From positions 977,103-1,041,102 of the forward strand of contig OZ220488.1 of assembly GCA_965116155.1 (NCBI GenBank): 64,000 bases of DNA, written 5' to 3'. A program made the translations under genes and the position numbers. The stretch comes from Bdellovibrionales bacterium. GTDB lineage: Bacteria > Bdellovibrionota > Bdellovibrionia > Bdellovibrionales > UBA1609. The notes beneath the pieces are model-generated. The model made no database searches and was not told the origin of the DNA. It saw only the letters and a program-made list of their open reading frames with translations. This document shows positions 54,062 to 63,663 of this stretch, one piece after another (positions within the stretch are counted from its first letter, which is position 1; each line of letters begins with the position of its first letter).

Positions 54062-55861
54062 GTGACGGATTCCATAATACAGCACCACTCTACTTTTGTA
54101 CTCATGTGTGCCGGCATAGCAGCGTTTTTGTATGGCATGGGGCTTGTAAGCTCGAACCTTAAAAAACTCACAGCCAACCGCACAAAAGACCTTTTGCAAA
54201 ATCTGAGCAAACGTCCCCTTTGGGGTTGTGCAGTAGGGGCATTGCTTTCGGCCCTTATGCAGAGTGCAGGAGCGGTGAACACCATGCTAGTAGGCCTTGC
54301 CCAGGCTAGGGTGGTGAGCCTAAAGCAGGTCATCGGCGTGGTGCTAGGTGCCTCGGTGGGCAGCACTCTGACGGTGCAGCTGATCTCTTTGCAAGTTTAT
54401 CACTATGGGCTGGGGATTTTTGCCATAAGTTTTGCAGGGATGTTTTTTGCTAAGAAAATGCTCCTTAAAAGTAGCTGTCACGCGGCCATGGGAGTGGGGC
54501 TTTTGTTTATGGGCCTTGAGTGGATCAGCTTTAGCAGCATGGCGCTTAAACAGTCGCCGTTGTTTTTAAGCGCACTGGAGCAGCTATCGCATATGCCCTG
54601 GGCTGCCATGTTGGCTATGGCGGCTTTTTCGGCTTTGGCGCAATCGGCAACAGCGGGCTTAGGGCTTACGATCTCTTTTGCTACGGCGGGTGTTATTAAT
54701 TTTGAGCAAGCTCTTTACTGGGTGTATGGAGCCAATATTGGATCTACTGCTACGGCCCTTATGGCAGCTATTGGAGGCACAGCCGCTGCACGCCAAGTGG
54801 CTTGGTCGAACTGTGCTTTTAAAATCTGCTGCGTTGGGGTGTTTTACTTTTTAACTCCTTATGTTGCTGGATTTGTGCCTGGCTCTACTCCGCAGCGTTT
54901 AGTAGCTAATGCCCATACTTTGTTTAATCTTTTGGGTGTGTGCATGGCGCTACCCATAAGCCACTGGGTGGTGGGTTGGCTAGAGCGTAGTATTGGGCCT
55001 TCGGCAGCAGAGCGTAAATTTGATGTGCAATTTTTAAACAAGCCGCACTTTAACTCACTGCCTGTTAGGTTAACCCATGCGCGCCGCGAGGCCCTGCGCA
55101 CAGCGGATGTGTTTTTGTCGGTGCTAGATGATGCTATTTTGTTAATTCAAAACGAAAACACCGAGCTATGGTCTAGTGTAAAAAAACGCGTCAGGCATAT
55201 TGATTTTTTAAGTCTCGAGGTGAGTCGGTTTTTGGCTCGTGTTGCCCATAAGGCGCCCCCTCCCTTGGATACAGAGGTGATAAACGTTGTAGCCTTTGTG
55301 ACGGATGTTAAAAATGCCGCCAGTGTTATAGACAAACAACTGCGGGGCCAGGCGAAAAAAAAGCACAAACTCAAGCTTAATTTTCATGCGCAAAGTTTTA
55401 GCGAAATCCGCCGGCTCCACAAAGAAAGCCTCAACCTGTGCACTTTGTCTTTTAGTGCTTTTCAAAACTCCTTGCAAAGCCATGCTACGCACGAGCAGGC
55501 CATGCAGATTATGCGTCTTAAACGGCATATTAAAAAGTTCGAAGCCACTTTTAGGGTGCAGCATCTTAAGCGCGTGGCGGAGGGCAAAGAGCACTCTTCT
55601 GTAAGCCCGATGTATTTTGATATCATCACCAGCTTTCGCAAAATTTCCGGCCTGCTCAGCAACCACCTTAAGCCCTTACAGACTAGCCCAATATTCTGGG
55701 ATAAAGCGGCGGCGCGAGAGCAGCACCCTCAAAAGGGTGCGCCCGCGATGGCGCCAAGCGTCCCGCAGAATATTGGGCGGTCTATGCAGCAATCTATGGC
55801 CCTGCAGGTTAGACCTAAGCCCGTACCCGCAAGTGCAATTGATATTAACCAAGGCCAATAA
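54062..55861 (+). CDS. Na/Pi cotransporter family protein with PhoU-like C-terminal region
   Basis: Polytopic N-terminal half (QSAGAVNTMLVGLA, QSATAGLGLTISFA repeats) and a helical PhoU-like half. Roughly the last 60 codons (from ~55677) are read from repeat DNA, so the native C-terminus is uncertain. Confidence 0.8.
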   Translation: MTDSIIQHHSTFVLMCAGIAAFLYGMGLVSSNLKKLTANRTKDLLQNLSKRPLWGCAVGALLSALMQSAGAVNTMLVGLAQARVVSLKQVIGVVLGASVGSTLTVQLISLQVYHYGLGIFAISFAGMFFAKKMLLKSSCHAAMGVGLLFMGLEWISFSSMALKQSPLFLSALEQLSHMPWAAMLAMAAFSALAQSATAGLGLTISFATAGVINFEQALYWVYGANIGSTATALMAAIGGTAAARQVAWSNCAFKICCVGVFYFLTPYVAGFVPGSTPQRLVANAHTLFNLLGVCMALPISHWVVGWLERSIGPSAAERKFDVQFLNKPHFNSLPVRLTHARREALRTADVFLSVLDDAILLIQNENTELWSSVKKRVRHIDFLSLEVSRFLARVAHKAPPPLDTEVINVVAFVTDVKNAASVIDKQLRGQAKKKHKLKLNFHAQSFSEIRRLHKESLNLCTLSFSAFQNSLQSHATHEQAMQIMRLKRHIKKFEATFRVQHLKRVAEGKEHSSVSPMYFDIITSFRKISGLLSNHLKPLQTSPIFWDKAAAREQHPQKGAPAMAPSVPQNIGRSMQQSMALQVRPKPVPASAIDINQGQ

Positions 55862-56035
55862 TCACGCCTGCAACTGAACCTTATTAATCATATAAAACCA
55901 AGGCGTGGTCTGACCTGCCAGATTGCCTTAACGCCATGAACACCTGGAGTATGCAGCGCAGCCACCCTGACAGCCTCCTTTAGGAGGCGAGCACTCAGGA
56001 GTGGCAAACGGAATGTTATCAAGGTGTTTGGGGGA
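55677..56035. repeat. Mosaic hairpin-repeat array overlapping the 3' end of the Na/Pi cotransporter ORF
   Basis: TTACAGACTAGCCCAATATTCTGGGA...TCCCGCAGAATATTGGGCGG hairpin, reverse-oriented long-hairpin module (55794-55921), GCAGCCTCC TTTA GGAGGCGAGC hairpin, and CAAGGTGTTTGG. Confidence 0.85.
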
Positions 56036-56048
56036 ATTCCATTAAGCA

Positions 56049-56258
56049 CTAGACGGCTCGGGCGGATTTTTTTGCGTGGACCCAGCTGTGCTTTTTGCGC
56101 TTATCCCATACTGTCACTATGAACAAAGCCCTACCATTCGAACCAAAAGCTATAACCACAACGTAGTAATTTGTGTGCAGCCTGTATCGATAGCTGCCCC
56201 TTGTCAGCTCACCGGGCTCATTTAAAATATATTGATCCTTTTTCGCGCATGATGTTCG
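56049..56258 (-). pseudogene. possible remnant of a small RelE/ParE-like toxin gene (no start codon)
   Basis: A 69-codon open frame lacking ATG/GTG/TTG: ...ELTRGSYRYRLHTNYYVVVIAFGSNGRALFIVTVWDKRKKHS... The R-G-x-Y-R-x-x pattern followed by a beta-strand-like block is only loosely RelE-like. Confidence 0.2.
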
Positions 56259-56401
56259 CTACAAGCTTTCTTGCGCTCTAAATTAACAATACACTGCCGC
56301 AAGAATAAAGCATGCTTTATCCTGCAATCTCACGTCTCACCATGTCCCGCTGGCAGGGGCCAAAGGGCCCGGATCCCAGTGGGACCAATAACGGCCAACA
56401 A

Positions 56402-56450
56402 CACTGCCGCAAGAATAAAGGATATTTTATCCTTTATTCTTGCGGCAGTG
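56402..56450 (-). terminator. Perfect 23-bp stem / 3-nt loop hairpin overlapping the stop codon of 56434-57750
   Basis: CACTGCCGCAAGAATAAAGGATA ttt TATCCTTTATTCTTGCGGCAGTG. On the minus strand it is followed by TTGTTGG, a weak U-tract. A direct copy of the 19-mer lies at 56292-56310. Confidence 0.4.
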
Positions 56451-57750
56451 GTATGACGGGAGGCAAGCCCAAGCCTTTGGCGGGAGGGTATTCGGGACGG
56501 CGACGGTTTCGGGGGTTGCATTTGGGGTCTTTGTTGGGGTCACAAGGCACACGCCCATCGGTGCGCCTTTTTACAGGCGGTGCAGGCGACACGCTGTCCA
56601 CCATGCCGCGTGTCATTTTATCGACGATGCGTTTCATGCTTGTGGTTTCAGCTTTTTCTACCATCCCCGGCAGTTGGTCTGTGCCTAAAATAATCCCTCC
56701 ACTCGCATGCACCTCTAAACCTGTTGCGGCATCGCGCAAAGCAAAGCCCCCCAGCTCCACCGCCGTGCTGGCGTAGAAAAAATCCACCCCCGTCACTCCT
56801 CCAGGCAAATCCTTATTCACCAAGACTCCTGCTTTATAGCTAGCCGTGCGGCCTTTTAAAGCATGGGTCGCCGCGGCTCCCAGCATTAAGCCTTTAAATT
56901 GATCAGGCGAGTTGAAGTTCTTGCCCCCCCAAATGAGTCCACCACCCAAGCGCAGGCGGTTTTTGGATTTCGCATTATCTACACGCGCACCATAACTCAC
57001 TCCAGGTGAAGTCCACAGCACTAAACTGGTGCGCATATTCCAGCCCGAGCTCATCTCGTGAGGCGGGAACTTGTTGATCCTTTGCACCCACACCGGCATA
57101 AATACCACGCCCAGACTTACACTTACACCAGCGCCCAAGCGGGGCCTGAACACTTTGGTTAAAGCGTTTAGCGCCATGGTGTAGCTTTTTTTCGACTGCG
57201 CCTCATTAGACTTCCACCCCAAAAAAAGCATAAACGCATCGGGAGCCAAAAGCTTGGCGCGGGTTTTGTTTTCTGCCAGCTGCATGCTAAGAGCATCGGC
57301 CTCAAAGAGCTCATTCAGCTCGCGGCAACGCTCGGCAATAATTTGCACCCCCTTTAGCACTTCGCGAAAAGCAAGCCGATTTTTAGGAAAACCCTTCACC
57401 AAGGGAGTGCGAACGTTGGTGGGCTCCCCATCCGCTTCGCCATCTTGCTCATCGCCATCTGAGGACTGGGAGTTTGGGGAGGCAAGCGCATCTTGGTTAG
57501 GCACCCAGTACATAGGCGGCGTACCATCGTCGTATTCAGCAAAGATAATATCCTGCAAACTCAGCGCAGCGGACTCCATCATCTTTTTAAATCTGGCATC
57601 ATCGCGCAGAATATACTGCCCCCAGGGCACAACCTGATACACATACTGGCTGTCTTGCAAAAGCTCCACTCCCCACGCACCCCAACCCCAAGGAGCAAAG
57701 TAAGCAAACAAAGCCAAAACCACAATCCGCAAACGCAAAACAAACAACAT
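56434..57750 (-). CDS. hypothetical secreted/membrane protein
   Basis: 438 aa with an N-terminal hydrophobic segment, an acidic stretch, Gly-rich beta-like C-terminal two-thirds and a basic Pro-rich tail. No family recognised. Confidence 0.55.
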   Translation of the reverse strand: MLFVLRLRIVVLALFAYFAPWGWGAWGVELLQDSQYVYQVVPWGQYILRDDARFKKMMESAALSLQDIIFAEYDDGTPPMYWVPNQDALASPNSQSSDGDEQDGEADGEPTNVRTPLVKGFPKNRLAFREVLKGVQIIAERCRELNELFEADALSMQLAENKTRAKLLAPDAFMLFLGWKSNEAQSKKSYTMALNALTKVFRPRLGAGVSVSLGVVFMPVWVQRINKFPPHEMSSGWNMRTSLVLWTSPGVSYGARVDNAKSKNRLRLGGGLIWGGKNFNSPDQFKGLMLGAAATHALKGRTASYKAGVLVNKDLPGGVTGVDFFYASTAVELGGFALRDAATGLEVHASGGIILGTDQLPGMVEKAETTSMKRIVDKMTRGMVDSVSPAPPVKRRTDGRVPCDPNKDPKCNPRNRRRPEYPPAKGLGLPPVIPLPQE

Positions 57751-57889
57751 AGAGCTTGGTTAGAGCACAAAAAACCCTCAGACGTCATGTGTTGTGAGCC
57801 TACAGGGCTTTGATGCCATGCGGCTATCGCTCTCCTCGAGCGCCATCCTAAGGGACAAAAAGGCATAGTACGTGGTAAGTTGCAGGACC

Positions 57890-59491
57890 ATGAGGCCCAT
57901 AATAGCCTGCGCACTTTTATTGGTTTGCTCTTTTGCTGCCGAAAGCCCTGCCGAGAGCCCTGCCACTTTATTGCGGCCCTTAAAACTTGAAAGCCCTAGA
58001 GACACCTTTAAAAGCTACATTACGGCCATGCAGGCCTATAGGGCCGCGCACGCAGCCGGCAAAAACACCCTGGCCTTGTCGGAGCTCGACAAAGCGGCGC
58101 GCAGTTTTAATTTGGAGCATTTGCCGGTTTTAACGCGGCGCGAGAGCGGCCGCACGGGTGCACGCCTACTGCAAGAGGTGCTCGACCGGGTAATACGCGT
58201 GGATTTGAGCCGCGTGCCAGACGACCCAAGCTTGAGCCGGTGGCGCCTTAAGGACACCGATATTGTGATTCAAAAAGAGCTTTCCGGCGATGATGCGGGG
58301 AGGTTTTTGTTTTCTCAAAACACCGTTCAGCAGCTAAGGGATTTTTACGAGCGGGTTAAGCATTTGCCTTATTTGGAAGACACGGGTGGTGGGGCGCACT
58401 ATCGTGAGCCTTGGCAGCGGGAGTATATTCCTGCTTGGGCCCAGAGCACTATGTGGGGCGTGCCTTTGTGGAAGTATTTGGGGCTGCTTTTGGGAGTTTT
58501 TTTGGGGCTCGTGCTTAAAAGGCTTCTTGTATCTTTGCTGCGTGCTATTCGGGGTGGGGTTTTGCCTCGCATCCCGGGGCCAAAGCAGTACGCGTATCAG
58601 ATGTGGGAGGCCTTGGAGCGGCCTATGGGCTTGGTGGGGGCGAGTGCTTTTTGGTTTGCTTGTGTGCAGGCTATGCATTTTGAGGGCAAGTTGCTGAGCT
58701 TTTTAGTAAGTGCTGTGCAAATATCTTTAAGCGTGGCGGTTATTGGGGGTGCTTATAGGTTGGTGGGAGTGTTGCAGGTGTATTTGCAAAAATTGGCTCA
58801 GCTTACGCAATCGGATCTCGATGACCACATGGTGCCTTTGGTGACGCGCAGTTTGCGGATTTTTTTGGTTTTAGTGGGTAGTTTGTTTGCTTTGCAAAAT
58901 TTGGGGTTTAATATTTTGTCTCTTTTGGCGGGTTTGGGTTTGGGGGGGTTGGCTTTTGCTTTGGCGGCCAAAGACACGGTAGCAAATGTGTTTGGTTCTT
59001 TGATGATCATAATAGACCAGCCTTTTCGAATGGGTGATTGGATCCGTACGCCTTCTGTTGAGGGTACGGTGGAGCATATTGGTTTTCGCTCTACACGGGT
59101 GCGTACGTTTTATCAGTCTGTGGTGTCTATACCCAACTCTAGCTTGGCTAATGAAAACATCGACAACATGGGACTGCGGCCCATGCGGCGGGTAAAGGGA
59201 ACTATTGGTTTGGTGTACTCTACTCCTACTAGTAAGATTCAGGAGTTTGTAGAGGGGGTGCGGGAGATTATTAGCTCGCACCCTCAAACAGATCATAGTA
59301 ATTACCATGTGTATTTTAATAATTATGGCGCTTCTAGTTTGGATGTTATGTTGTATTTTTTCTTGCAGGTGCCAGACTGGAGCGAGGAGCTAAAGCAAAA
59401 GGGCGTTATATACTCGCAGATTCTCGACCTTGCCAAAAAACTAAACGTACAGTTCGCCTTCCCTTCCAGAAGTATATATATGCAAAATTAG
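57890..59491 (+). CDS. mechanosensitive ion channel (MscS family)
   Basis: Signal-like N-terminus, several TM helices, then the MscS core (LAAKDTVANVFGSLMIIIDQPFRMGDWI...GTVEHIGFRSTRVRT). The TAG stop lies in TTAGAGCGCTAG. Confidence 0.8.
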   Translation: MRPIIACALLLVCSFAAESPAESPATLLRPLKLESPRDTFKSYITAMQAYRAAHAAGKNTLALSELDKAARSFNLEHLPVLTRRESGRTGARLLQEVLDRVIRVDLSRVPDDPSLSRWRLKDTDIVIQKELSGDDAGRFLFSQNTVQQLRDFYERVKHLPYLEDTGGGAHYREPWQREYIPAWAQSTMWGVPLWKYLGLLLGVFLGLVLKRLLVSLLRAIRGGVLPRIPGPKQYAYQMWEALERPMGLVGASAFWFACVQAMHFEGKLLSFLVSAVQISLSVAVIGGAYRLVGVLQVYLQKLAQLTQSDLDDHMVPLVTRSLRIFLVLVGSLFALQNLGFNILSLLAGLGLGGLAFALAAKDTVANVFGSLMIIIDQPFRMGDWIRTPSVEGTVEHIGFRSTRVRTFYQSVVSIPNSSLANENIDNMGLRPMRRVKGTIGLVYSTPTSKIQEFVEGVREIISSHPQTDHSNYHVYFNNYGASSLDVMLYFFLQVPDWSEELKQKGVIYSQILDLAKKLNVQFAFPSRSIYMQN

Positions 59492-59650
59492 AGCGCTAGC
59501 TGCGTAAGCATAAAGGCAATAGCAAAAATGTAGCCCACACGAATTACCCACCTTGGTAGCGTAATGTTTTTTCTTTCCCCCATAACAGCCCCTTTTAAAG
59601 CCTTTTTGTTTTAGTTTTTTAATTAAAAAATGCCCCAAAGGCGCGCGGGC

Positions 59651-60583
59651 TTAGGCTTTTAGTTTTGAAACCTCGTCTTGAGAGAGACCTGTTACCTCTG
59701 AAATCACAGAAAGCTTTAGCCCCTTTTTAAGCATATTTGCAGCCACCGCCACGCGTTCCTCTGCACGGCCTTCTTTTCGACCCGCCTCTTTCCATGGGTT
59801 GCCCATATTTTGCTCCCAAGCTTCAAAATATTCCTTTCTTGCCGCACCACTTGACTTTAACACACTCATCACCTCCTCATGGTCTATCCCACAAACGCTC
59901 GAAACATAAGTTACCACATGCTGCATCAGGTTTGTACTGTCATTGTCATCCAAATGGCCGAAAATTTGCCTAAAAAATTCACGCCTTTCTCTTCCTGCCA
60001 TATCACCAAACTGTTGCACCTTCAAAAGCGCGTACAAAATAGAATAAAGTGCATCCTTAGGCGGCCATAAAGGTTGGTCTAGGCGCTCAAGATCAAGTAC
60101 ATGGAACTGCAATAAAATGGAGTCTATGCTTTCTGCCTCAATATCGTGCATTACAATACCAAGCCCTGGTTTATGCCCCCTCTGCCACGAATCTCTGCCA
60201 TGGTAAAAAATGCAATTCAATACAATAGGGCGCTCCTTTTGAGGCTTAGATAACTCAAAATGCTTTATGGCTACTCCATAATCAGCCATTTGCCGGTACG
60301 TTTTTTTAGGATCGCGTTGATGCTTGTGTTCTAATAAGATATAAATTGGCCTAGTGTTTTTAAGCTTTCCTAGTAATAGCAAGTCTGCTTCTTTGCCTAT
60401 AGTAGGCAAAGAAGCATCCTGCTTAACCAGGCCTTTAATGTCCAACACCTCCTGCACGCTTTGAGGCAGCCAAAATTTTAGCAGCGCCCTCGTATAACCC
60501 TTATCCTTAAAACAACTCCGGAAGAAACGATCATGCGTGTTGGTGTAGTGTGTGTTTAAACTTGCTTTTCTTTCTGGTGCCAT
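59651..60583 (-). CDS. Rpn/YhgA-like PD-(D/E)XK recombination-promoting nuclease (putative transposase family)
   Basis: N-terminal HDRFFRSCF...LLKFWLP...EADLLLLGKL...IYILLEHKHQ pattern, typical of the Rpn/transposase_31 family. Confidence 0.7.
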   Translation of the reverse strand: MAPERKASLNTHYTNTHDRFFRSCFKDKGYTRALLKFWLPQSVQEVLDIKGLVKQDASLPTIGKEADLLLLGKLKNTRPIYILLEHKHQRDPKKTYRQMADYGVAIKHFELSKPQKERPIVLNCIFYHGRDSWQRGHKPGLGIVMHDIEAESIDSILLQFHVLDLERLDQPLWPPKDALYSILYALLKVQQFGDMAGRERREFFRQIFGHLDDNDSTNLMQHVVTYVSSVCGIDHEEVMSVLKSSGAARKEYFEAWEQNMGNPWKEAGRKEGRAEERVAVAANMLKKGLKLSVISEVTGLSQDEVSKLKA

Positions 60584-60845
60584 AATTTATTTTTCTTATC
60601 CTTTGCCGTGCCGTAAAAAAACCCCAATACCCAAGGGTGATATTGGACCGTAGTTTTTTACCAAATCAAACCCGCAAAACACTTTGCGCCATGCGTGCAT
60701 ATATGTAAAGCCACGACACGCCGTGCAAAGATCAAAAATGACGAAAAACGGGGGAGCCGCCATGCGCTTAAAGCAACTGCCGGCCCAGCACCTCCTAGGA
60801 ACATTGGGCTAGTCCTTTGCATGGGGGGAGCTGCCAAATTGATAC

Positions 60846-61080
60846 AGTGTGTGCCGGCTTAATTTTGGGGCGGCAAAGGGCCGATAGGGCATGCATGGAA
60901 GCGGTACGGTGTAGCGGAAGACACAAAAAGAACTTTCTTTCTTGCGTAAGCATAAAAGTGGACCCTTTACACCTTGGGTGGGTAGTGCAGTCACCTGCAT
61001 CCCTTTGGGGTGCTAAGCAGGTGACAAACGAAAAACCCCAAGGTGTAAAGGGGGAACTAGACAGCTATCAACGCGCCGGT
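60846..61080. repeat. Mosaic hairpin-repeat array
   Basis: GTGTGTGCCGGCTTAATTTTGGGGCGGCAAAGGGCCGATAG (homolog at 63296-63340). GCGTAAGCATAAAAGTGG + CTTTACACCTTGGG...CCCCAAGGTGTAAAG hairpin (homolog at 19186-19320), ending AACGCGCCGGT. Confidence 0.8.
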
Positions 61081-61088
61081 AGAAAAAA

Positions 61089-61128
<40 letters not shown>

Positions 61129-61211
61129 AAAGGGCTAGCGCGGTCACCTTAAGCAGCGCAAGCAAAGTTCGCCTGGTAAATAAAAAAAACCCACGACTTA
61201 TAAGATACTCT

Positions 61212-61320
61212 GGTAGCTTTGGGTGGTCAGTAGGCCCAAAGCGTTCAGACTCTCTTTAAAAGCACTGGGAGGCTGCTCTAGGAGCGCCGCTTATCCCAGA
61301 ATTTTGGACTAACACTCTAA
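61212..61320. repeat. Hairpin-repeat module ending 20 nt before an ankyrin start codon
   Basis: GGTAGCTTTGGGTGGTCAGTAGGCCCAAAGCG...CCCAGAATTTTGGACTAACACTCTAA. Same module as 41273-41380 and 63534-63643. Confidence 0.85.
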
Positions 61321-61340
61321 CTTGTTAAAGGAAACCCACC

Positions 61341-62420
61341 ATGAGCAACCTAACGCTTAATATGTGTACAATAATATTAAGCTTAACTTTTGCAACAAAT
61401 GCCTTTGCCAACGAGGAAGAGGAGGCTAATTTCTGGGCTGATCGCCTTGTCAAGGCCGTCAAGGAGAACAGCCTTAGACGAGTGAAATACTATGTTGAAA
61501 AAAAAGGAGTCCACCCAGATACGCCTGGTACCCTCTATATACATAATAGTGAGATTCCAGCAACGGCCCTAACATTAGCAGCAAGGCAAGGCAACACAGA
61601 CATAGTTGCATATCTTTTAGCTAATGGCGCCAATGTTGACATCAGAAAAAAATCCTCTGGCGAGACACCCCTTATGCGGGCATCATACGCCGCCACTCAG
61701 GAAAAGCAAATAGATAATGCCGCCGCCACTATAAAGCTCTTACTAGCAAAAGGCGCTGATATAAACGCCACTGACAAGCATGGCTACACTGCACTTATGA
61801 GAGCCGCAGAGAACCCCCTATGTGCCTACAACAAAGAGGATGGAACAAAGCCTTGTCATGAATCAAAAATGCTCAAGTTTCTGCTTGAAAATGGCGCTGA
61901 CGTTAATAAAAAAAATAACAAAGGCATCACCGCAATCGACATGGTAGAAAACAGCTACCATTGGAACCAATGGGAAACTCCCAATGAAGACCTACGACTT
62001 CTACTTAAGTACAAGAAGAAGTACAAGGAGTGTGCAGATTGTCGCAAACAACAAGCAAAAGGACTCCGCATGTTGTGTCCAAAGGGGTGCCGGTCATCTA
62101 GTTCCACAAGTACTGCACAAGGTCAGGCGGCCCACTGTGGCGCTCGCTACGATGATCAAGGATGTAGGGTGGTACGAAAGCAGTGTGTAGATGATGTTTG
62201 GTCATGTGAATCATGGAAGAAAGAAATACAACAGAAATGCCAAAAGGCTGAAGACTTGCCACAAAGATGTAAGACTGAAGATACAGTTCGTGTCCAACAA
62301 CAAGGTCAGACGCACAGCCACCACAGATGTCCAAAATGTAACCACATATGCTACCCTGGCGACAGTGCGCACAGTGCTCCAAGCTCGCGATCAGCACAAG
62401 GCGCAAGACGCGCGCAGTAA
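61341..62420 (+). CDS. secreted ankyrin-repeat protein with Cys-rich C-terminal region
   Basis: Signal peptide MCTIILSLTFATNAFA. Several ANK units (TALTLAARQGNTDIVAYLLANGANV, GYTALMRAAE...). The C-terminal ~130 aa has many Cys pairs (CADC, CPKGC, CPKC). The C-terminal reading frame was not independently verified. Confidence 0.7.
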   Translation: MSNLTLNMCTIILSLTFATNAFANEEEEANFWADRLVKAVKENSLRRVKYYVEKKGVHPDTPGTLYIHNSEIPATALTLAARQGNTDIVAYLLANGANVDIRKKSSGETPLMRASYAATQEKQIDNAAATIKLLLAKGADINATDKHGYTALMRAAENPLCAYNKEDGTKPCHESKMLKFLLENGADVNKKNNKGITAIDMVENSYHWNQWETPNEDLRLLLKYKKKYKECADCRKQQAKGLRMLCPKGCRSSSSTSTAQGQAAHCGARYDDQGCRVVRKQCVDDVWSCESWKKEIQQKCQKAEDLPQRCKTEDTVRVQQQGQTHSHHRCPKCNHICYPGDSAHSAPSSRSAQGARRAQ

Positions 62421-62620
62421 CTCTGAAGATTCTTTCACTTTCAGCCTGGCGCCCCTGGCGCCAGGTATGTGGTGGTTTGGCAGCGGACACAAAACGCCTG
62501 CTAATCACGCAACCAATAGTTTGGCTTGCATTTTTTAGCAAGCGGCGGCATAATAGTAGGTGATCGTTTCGAAATTATGGCCCCCTTGACTTGGCCCTTG
62601 GCCCTCATGGGGGTTTTTTT

Positions 62621-63223
62621 ATGTCTCAAACTAGAACAACCATTTTTTATTTTGACGCTCAAAACCTTTATAGAATGGCCCAGACCGTCTTTGCAGACGT
62701 TAAATACCCTAACTTTGATCCCATTGCCTTATCACAGTTGATCGCCAAAAAATACTTCTTGAAAATACAAACGATAAAATTTTATACAGGCATTCCATAC
62801 AAAAGAAGAAGCCCTCACTGGCACAATTTTTGGAGCAAAAAATTGGCTGCCCTGGGAAAAAACCAGCTCGTGGAGATCTTTACACGAAAAATACAACCAA
62901 GAACAAAAAACATATTACTTAATGGCGTGACACATCAAATAAAATTTGATGTTGAAAAAGGCATCGACACAAGAATAACAATTGATATTGTCAGAGACGC
63001 ATTAGATCAAAAATCCGAAGCCATTGTTATTTTTAGCGCAGACCAAGACCTTGCAGAGGCGGTAGCAGAAGTAAAAAAAATTGCGCACTCACAAAAAAGA
63101 TATATTACTATATTCTCTGCTTCACCTCGTTTTAAAAATATAACAGGCATTGCTGGATCTAAATGGATTCAAATAAAAGAAGCAGACTACAACCAATGCC
63201 TTGACTACAGGGACTACCGATAG
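62621..63223 (+). CDS. NYN/LabA-like domain protein (predicted RNase fold)
   Basis: Start trimmed to ATG 62621. FYFDAQNLY ... GIDTRITIDIV ... IVIFSADQDLAEAV fits the NYN (DUF88) acidic-residue pattern. AT-rich by eye. Confidence 0.65.
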   Translation: MSQTRTTIFYFDAQNLYRMAQTVFADVKYPNFDPIALSQLIAKKYFLKIQTIKFYTGIPYKRRSPHWHNFWSKKLAALGKNQLVEIFTRKIQPRTKNILLNGVTHQIKFDVEKGIDTRITIDIVRDALDQKSEAIVIFSADQDLAEAVAEVKKIAHSQKRYITIFSASPRFKNITGIAGSKWIQIKEADYNQCLDYRDYR

Positions 63224-63294
63224 ACGAAATCAAGAGGCTCAAGAAAACCTAGCATGGGACATGCTTCCTTCAAGTCCGCCTTGAAGATAAGGCA

Positions 63295-63643
63295 GTGTGT
63301 GCGGGCTTAAAGTTGAGGCAGCAAAGGGCCGAAAGATCACACAAGGCTACAGGCTCATAGATGCCGTATAGACTGCAAAATTCTCTGCGGGACGCTTGGT
63401 CCGTAAGGATTAGAGTGTTAGCCACATGCTCTGGGCCAAGCGCAGTCTGCCTGATAGTCCCTGCAAGGGACGACCATCAGGTAGACAAGTGCCCCACAGA
63501 GCATGTGGCGGCCTATAAGGCTAACAACGCGCCGGTAGCTTTGGGTGGTCAGTAGGCCCAAAGCGTTCAGACTCTCTTTACAAGCACTGGGAGGCTGCTC
63601 TACCGCCGCCGCTCTACCTCAGAGAATTTTACTAGCGCCCTAA
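63295..63643. repeat. Mosaic hairpin-repeat array ending 20 nt before an ankyrin start codon
   Basis: Short hairpin, AAAATTCTCTGCGGGAC, TTAGAGTGTTAGCCACATGCTCTGGG...CCCACAGAGCATGTGG hairpin, GGCCTATAAGG, AACGCGCCGGTAGCTTTGGGTGGTCAGTAGGCCCAAAGCG, and ...CAGAGAATTTTACTAGCGCCCTAA. Confidence 0.85.
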
Positions 63644-63663
63644 TTGCTTTAAAGGAGAACAAC

